A stretch of 64,000 bases of DNA from positions 104,021 to 168,020 of the forward strand of contig CAVYSE010000017.1 of the NCBI GenBank assembly GCA_963771075.1, given 5' to 3'. Source of the stretch: a candidate division FCPU426 bacterium (GTDB taxonomy: Bacteria > Oederibacteriota > Muellerivitia > Muellerivitales > Muellerivitaceae). Under the pieces are notes generated by a model. It was not told the origin of the DNA and did no database searches. It was given only the letters and a program-made list of their open reading frames with translations. Below, one piece after another: positions 59,218 through 64,000 of the stretch. How positions within the stretch are numbered: position 1 is the stretch's first letter; each line of letters opens with the position of its first letter. Made by a program: the position numbers and the translations under genes.

Positions 59218-59788
59218 TTGGGGGTTTCCCTTGTTTCGAAAAACCCTACGAAATTCAAACTGAACATCACCAGTCGCCACGAAAAATTAAGCCATGCCTT
59301 GACGAACCAGGTCGAAGCGAAAATCCAACGGGTGGAACGCTACCTGGGACAAATTACCGAGGCCCACGTCATCCTGACCTACGAGCGCAACCTGCACCTT
59401 TGCGAGGTCACATTGACCGCCCGCCACCTGAAGCTTTCAGCCAAATCCTCTTCCCGGGACATGTACCATTCCATCGATTCGGCCCTAGAAAGGCTTGAGA
59501 AGCAGGCGAGGAAAAACAAAGAAAAGCGCGTGGAACGCCGCCACGCACCGGGCGGAAAAGCCGCATCGGTCATCCACGGACTCATTCCCCCTCCTTGAGG
59601 GGGAGGAATTTGAGGTGATTCGGTCCAAGAAGCACGAAATCAAGCCCATGACGGTCGAGGAGGCGGCGATGCAGCTTTCCGTCTCAAAGAACGAATTCCT
59701 TGTTTTTTCTGACGCTGAAACGGACAAGACATGCGTGGTTTATAAGCGCAAGGACAACCACATCGGCCTCATCGAACCGGAATACTGA
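59218..59788 (+). pseudogene. hpf: Long HPF, diverged mirror copy, frameshifted near 59595
   Basis: Two overlapping ORFs (59218..59598 and 59495..59788) cover the N- and C-terminal domains. Confidence 0.85.
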
Positions 59789-59832
59789 TCCGGGCCATTG
59801 AAAGAAGCACCATTTTTGGGGGAGGAACCCTA

Positions 59833-60297
59833 ATGCAAATCCTGGATTTTTTGACGTCTGACGCCATCAAACTGAACATGGAGTCCAAGAGCAAGAAGGA
59901 CGCCATCAAGGAATTGGTGGAACTGCTGGTCAAGTCGGGCAAGGTCAAGGACAAGAAAAAAATGATCCAGACCCTCTTTGAACGGGAGGAACTGGGCTCC
60001 ACCGGCATCGGCCAGGGGATCGCCATTCCCCACGGCAAGTCGGACACGGTCACTGATCTCGCGGCGGCTTTCGGCCTGTCCCCCGAGGGGATCAGTTTTG
60101 ACTCCCTGGACGGCGAGCCGGTGAACATCTTTTTCCTGTTGGTGGCCCCCGAGGGCGCCGCGGGCGCCCACTTGAAGGCCCTGGCCCGGATTTCCAGCCT
60201 CCTGAAGGACAAGTATTTCCGCAAGTCCCTTCTCTCGGCCAAGACCCCCGAGGACGTGATCAAGATCATCCAAGAGGAAGAAAAGCTTAAGCATTGA
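59833..60297 (+). CDS. ptsN: PTS IIA-Ntr, diverged mirror copy
   Basis: Intact 154 aa; few amino-acid changes but many synonymous changes. Confidence 0.9.
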   Translation: MQILDFLTSDAIKLNMESKSKKDAIKELVELLVKSGKVKDKKKMIQTLFEREELGSTGIGQGIAIPHGKSDTVTDLAAAFGLSPEGISFDSLDGEPVNIFFLLVAPEGAAGAHLKALARISSLLKDKYFRKSLLSAKTPEDVIKIIQEEEKLKH

Positions 60298-60382
60298 AAG
60301 CTCATTCAGCCCGCAGCTCGGGGGCCATTCGCCGGCCGAACGGATTTAAAAGACTTTCCTGTGGACTGCCTGGTAAAACCCT

Positions 60383-61359
60383 ATGAAAAAAATATCGGTG
60401 GACTCCCTCTTCCAGCAGGCCAAGGAAAGGCTGCGCCTGACCCCCTTGGCCGAGGAGGGCATGTCGGAGCGCTTCATCGTGAGCGTGGACATCAACCGCA
60501 TGGGCATGGCCCTAACCGGTTATCTCAAGTGGTTCGCCTACGAGAGGCTGCAGGTGCTGGGCAAGACCGAGATCCATTACCTGGCCACCCTCAAGCCTGC
60601 CCAGCGCAAGAAGATCTTCCAGACCCTCTTGGCCTACCGCATTCCCGCCATCGTGGTCACCCACAAGGTCAAGCCCCCCCATGAGCTCATTGCCGAAGCC
60701 CGGCGCCAAAAGATCCCCGTTTTCACCACCCCCACCCCCACCACCAAATTCGTTTCGGAAATTTCGGTGTATCTGGAAGAGGAATTCGCGCCTGAAACCA
60801 CCCTGCACGGCACATTGCTGGATGTCTACGGCGTGGGCATCCTGGTTTTGGGAACCTCCGGGATCGGCAAAAGCGAATGCGCCCTGGACCTGGTGGAACG
60901 TGGGCATCGGCTGGTGGCGGACGACTTGGTTTACATCAAGCGCCTGGCCAACCGCATCCTCATGGGTTCGCGGTCGGAAATCATCAAGCACCACATGGAA
61001 ATCCGGGGCCTGGGGATCATCAACATCGAAAGCCTTTTCGGCGTGGGCGCCATCCGGGACAAGAAACGCATCGAACTGGTGGTGCGCCTCGAGGAATGGG
61101 ACGCCAAGAAGGAATACGACCGGCTGGGGCTGACCCCCTCCACCCTCAAGATCTTCGACGTGGAGATCCCCACCTTCGTCATACCGGTCCGGCCCGGCCG
61201 GAACCTGGCGGTCATCATCGAGGTGGCTGCCATGAACCACCGTCTCATGAAGCTGGGCTACTTTACGGCCCAGGAATTCGCCGACCGGGTCACCCGAATC
61301 ATGGCCGAGGAATCGGCCCACCAACAACAGAAGGGCCGGCCCAAGGGACCCTGGGATGA
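60383..61359 (+). CDS. hprK: HPr kinase/phosphorylase, diverged mirror copy with an apparent frameshift in the last codons
   Basis: All motifs intact; the reading frame misses the expected ATGA-overlap stop at 61357-61359. Confidence 0.88.
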
Positions 61360-62615
61360 ATTGGCCGCGCTGGCTCTATCCCGGCATCCGACTCAAACGC
61401 TGGTTTCTCCTCATGATTCTCTCCCTGGTGCTCTTAGGGGTAGGTTTTTCCGGCATCATGAGCCAGCACATCGGCGGCATCCACTACAATCCTCCTGTCA
61501 TCGAGCAACTCGGCGAATACTTGAAGCATCTTAAGTTTGTTGATTATTTTCTCATTCTCCTGGCTTTTCGGCCTGTTCCTGGCTTATCGACGATCCCTAT
61601 ATGCCATCTTGACCATCCTGATTCCCGCGCGGGAAAAAGAATTCGTCAATATCGCCTATAGCCGTCTCCGCTTGAAAAGGGGTCCCCGCATCGTGGCGGT
61701 GGGCGGGGGAACGGGCCTGCCCAACGTTCTTTACAGCCTCAAGCATTACACCAGCAACCTGACGGCCATCGTGACCGTGGCCGACGACGGGGGAAGTTCG
61801 GGACGGCTGCGCCGCGATTTCGGCACCCCACCCCCGGGGGACATTCGCAACTGCATCGTGGCCCTGTCCGACCAGGAAACCCTTCTGAACGACCTTTTCC
61901 AGTACCGCTTCAAGGGGCACGGCGACCTGAAGGGGCACAGCTTCGGCAACCTCTTCATCACCGTCATGAAGGAAATCACGGGGGATTTCGGGCGGGCGGT
62001 GGAGGAATCCGCCGGCTCTTCACCACCCGGGGAACGGTCATGCCCGTCACTTTCGAACCCATGGTGCTTCAGGCCAGGCTGAAAGACGGAAGGGTGATGA
62101 CCGGCGAGTCCCTGATTCCCACGGGAAAATCCCCCATCGAGAAGGTCATGCTCAAACAAAAGGTCAAGCCCAACAAGGAAGTCTTGAAGGCCATCCTGGA
62201 GGCGGACGCCATCGTCTTGGGGCCGGGAAGCCTCTTCACCAGCGTGATTCCCAACCTGTTGATCCCGGAGGTGTCCGAGCAGATTGCCCTCTCCCGTGCG
62301 GTGAAAATTTATGTTTGTAACGTCATGACCCAGCCCGGTGAAACCGACAACTACAGCGTCGCCGACCATCTCAAGGCGCTTTTCCGGCACACGGGCCCGG
62401 GTTTCGTTCATTACGTGATCGCCAACAGGAAATAGCCGCCCTCCCTCCTGAAAAAATACGCCGATTCGGGCAGCGGCCCGTGGAGGTGGATGAAGAAAAA
62501 GGTTGAGGAAACTGGCGTGAAATTGGTCATGGCTAACGTATTGCACAAAGAAGATTTCGTGCTTCATAGCCCGTTCAATTTGGGCCGGGCCATTGTCTGA
62601 AGGTTGGTGATTTAA
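61356..62615 (+). pseudogene. yvcK: YvcK, diverged mirror copy with multiple frameshifts
   Basis: Fragments 61356..61661, 61537..62082 and 62040..62435, plus a degraded tail. Confidence 0.85.
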
Positions 62616-62905
62616 TCCTTCCCCGAAGAAAATACTGAAAATTGCGGTCATCCATTCGTTTGCCCGAGGTTTGTCTTGATCGGAAATGATCCTAAAGTAG
62701 ATAAACAAACCGTTTTTTAACGGCAAGATGAGTTGAAATCAGCATAAATTGCCGTTGTTATTGGGAATCATGGAATTCGCGGATTTTTGTCCTACCGCGA
62801 GAAATTCCAAACTAATAAGGAAGCCATTGTTCCCGACGCTGAGACCCATTTATGGTGTGTGGGCGGGTATGATCCCCTGCCCATTGTCTAGGGAAAAGGA
62901 AAGTC

Positions 62906-63320
62906 ATGATTGGTATCGTCGTCAGCAACCCATGGGGAGCTGGGAAGGTCCCTGGTGGGAACTTTGCGCTTGATTCTTGGGGAAAACCAGGGCCTTGCCG
63001 CTGTGGCCTTGGAAGGTTCCGATTCGCTTGAAACTTTTCAACAAAAGCTTGAAAAGGCCCTGGAAGAAGTAGATCCCCAGGGAGAAGGGTCCTTTGTACT
63101 GGTGGACATGCTGGGGGGGACCCCATTCAACGTCACCTTCCGGCTCTCCCAAGAAAGGCCCATTCAACTGATTACCGGGGTTAATCTGCCCATGCTTTTG
63201 AAAGCTGTATCTCATCAGGGAGACTCGAATATCAAATCACTGGCGCCTGAAGTGGCCAAAGCAGGAAAAGACGGGGTCCTTTGGGCCCAGGACCTGATCC
63301 AGGGAAAACAACAGGGTTGA
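62906..63320 (+). pseudogene. PTS mannose-family IIA, mirror copy with a one-base insertion near 62924
   Basis: The ATG at 62906 is out of frame with the ATHGEL body; the remainder matches the left copy. Confidence 0.85.
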
Positions 63321-63330
63321 ACGGAAAAAT

Positions 63331-63858
63331 ATGGACCTGCTTCTGATACGCATAGACGATCGGCTTATCCATGGTCAGGTGGTAGTGGGATGGGCCCGGG
63401 CCCTCAGCATTGAACGGATCATCGTGGCCAATAATTCCATTGCGGCGAACGCGATGCAACGAACCCTGATGGAAATGGCCGTTCCATCGAACCTTAAGGT
63501 AAGTTTGTTGACCTTATCCGACGCCTCTGAGGCGACTCGCGGGGGTGGGACCGAAAAAGCCCTTCTTTTGTTCAGCAATCCACAGGACGTTCTGGCCTTC
63601 ATCCGAACGGGCGGCAAGGTGAGTTCCATCAATGTGGGGGGGATGCACTATTGCGAAGGGAAACGCCAAATTTGTTCCATCGTTTGCGTGGACGAGAGGG
63701 ATATCCATGCGTTTAAAGAGCTTAAGGCCCTGGGATTGGAATTGGAAGTGCGGGCCGTTCCGGGCGACACCCGCGAACCGCTTGAAAAATACCTTCCCGA
63801 ATTAAAGGGGAACTCGCTGCCCCCGGCGAACCCTGAGGATAAAAACGAGAATCTATGA
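63331..63858 (+). CDS. PTS mannose-family IIB, mirror copy
   Basis: Protein identical to 33024..33551. Confidence 0.95.
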   Translation: MDLLLIRIDDRLIHGQVVVGWARALSIERIIVANNSIAANAMQRTLMEMAVPSNLKVSLLTLSDASEATRGGGTEKALLLFSNPQDVLAFIRTGGKVSSINVGGMHYCEGKRQICSIVCVDERDIHAFKELKALGLELEVRAVPGDTREPLEKYLPELKGNSLPPANPEDKNENL

Positions 63859-64000
63859 ATCAAGTTCATTTCATATTCGGGGTTCACAACCACCAGCCCG
63901 TCGGCAATTTCGGGGAGGTCTTCGAGGCCCTGGACAAATGCTCTTACTATCCTTTCCTGCAGGTGTTGGAACGGCACCCCAAGGTCAAATGCGCCTTCCA
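63855..64000 (+). CDS. GH57, mirror copy, truncated by the window end
   Basis: MNQVHFIFGVHNHQPVGNF... Confidence 0.9.
   Translation, partial: MNQVHFIFGVHNHQPVGNFGEVFEALDKCSYYPFLQVLERHPKVKCAF

Larger units (their letters stand above)
48471..64000. repeat. Right arm of the giant inverted repeat (runs off the window end)
   Basis: Reverse complement of 32882-48377; base 64000 pairs with 32882. Confidence 0.98.

Noticed and set aside
57579..62615. A genuine second rpoN/hprK paralog cluster decaying into pseudogenes
   Set aside because: Not accepted as biology without reads: it sits within the mirror arm, has abrupt boundaries, and combines synonymous-biased divergence with many indels.
32882..64000. 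Transposon or invertible element with terminal inverted repeats
   Set aside because: No transposase, integrase or recombinase is visible; the arms are housekeeping genes and nearly abut.
1..64000. tRNA, rRNA, prophage or defence genes
   Set aside because: None recognised by eye; a tRNAscan/Rfam search was not possible.

Overview
Bacterial chromosomal DNA from a probably diderm organism (outer-membrane beta-barrel, GT9, lipoprotein). There are three parts. (1) 1-27 kb: a large envelope-glycosylation island. It carries four GT-C (ArnT/PMT-like) membrane glycosyltransferases with C-terminal PA14-like domains, interleaved with three membrane-anchored NHL beta-propellers. It also has a DUF2723/TMEM260-like GT-C with TPRs, a polyprenol-P-mannose synthase, an epimerase-GT2 fusion, a GtrA-like/methyltransferase fusion, three more methyltransferases, a split transketolase and a GT9. 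(2) 27-48.4 kb: an rpoN-hpf-ptsN-hprK-yvcK cluster and a mannose-family PTS operon with a GH57 inserted in it, followed by an amidohydrolase, an S1/P1 nuclease, a 1490-aa GH5/CBM/Thr-rich secreted protein with a T9SS-like tail, a lipoprotein and ino1. (3) 48.47-64 kb: a reverse-complement copy of 32882-48377, so half the window is one giant palindrome that folds back near 48430. The two arms are a mosaic of near-identical and synonymously diverged, frameshifted segments. This most likely reflects a fold-back/mixed-population assembly artefact, though a real hairpin end or inverted duplication cannot be excluded without reads. The best candidate for an undescribed system is the multi-GT-C/PA14/NHL/TMEM260-like lipid-linked glycosylation machinery, plausibly acting on Thr-rich secreted proteins. 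All family assignments come from motif recognition only; no database searches were run.
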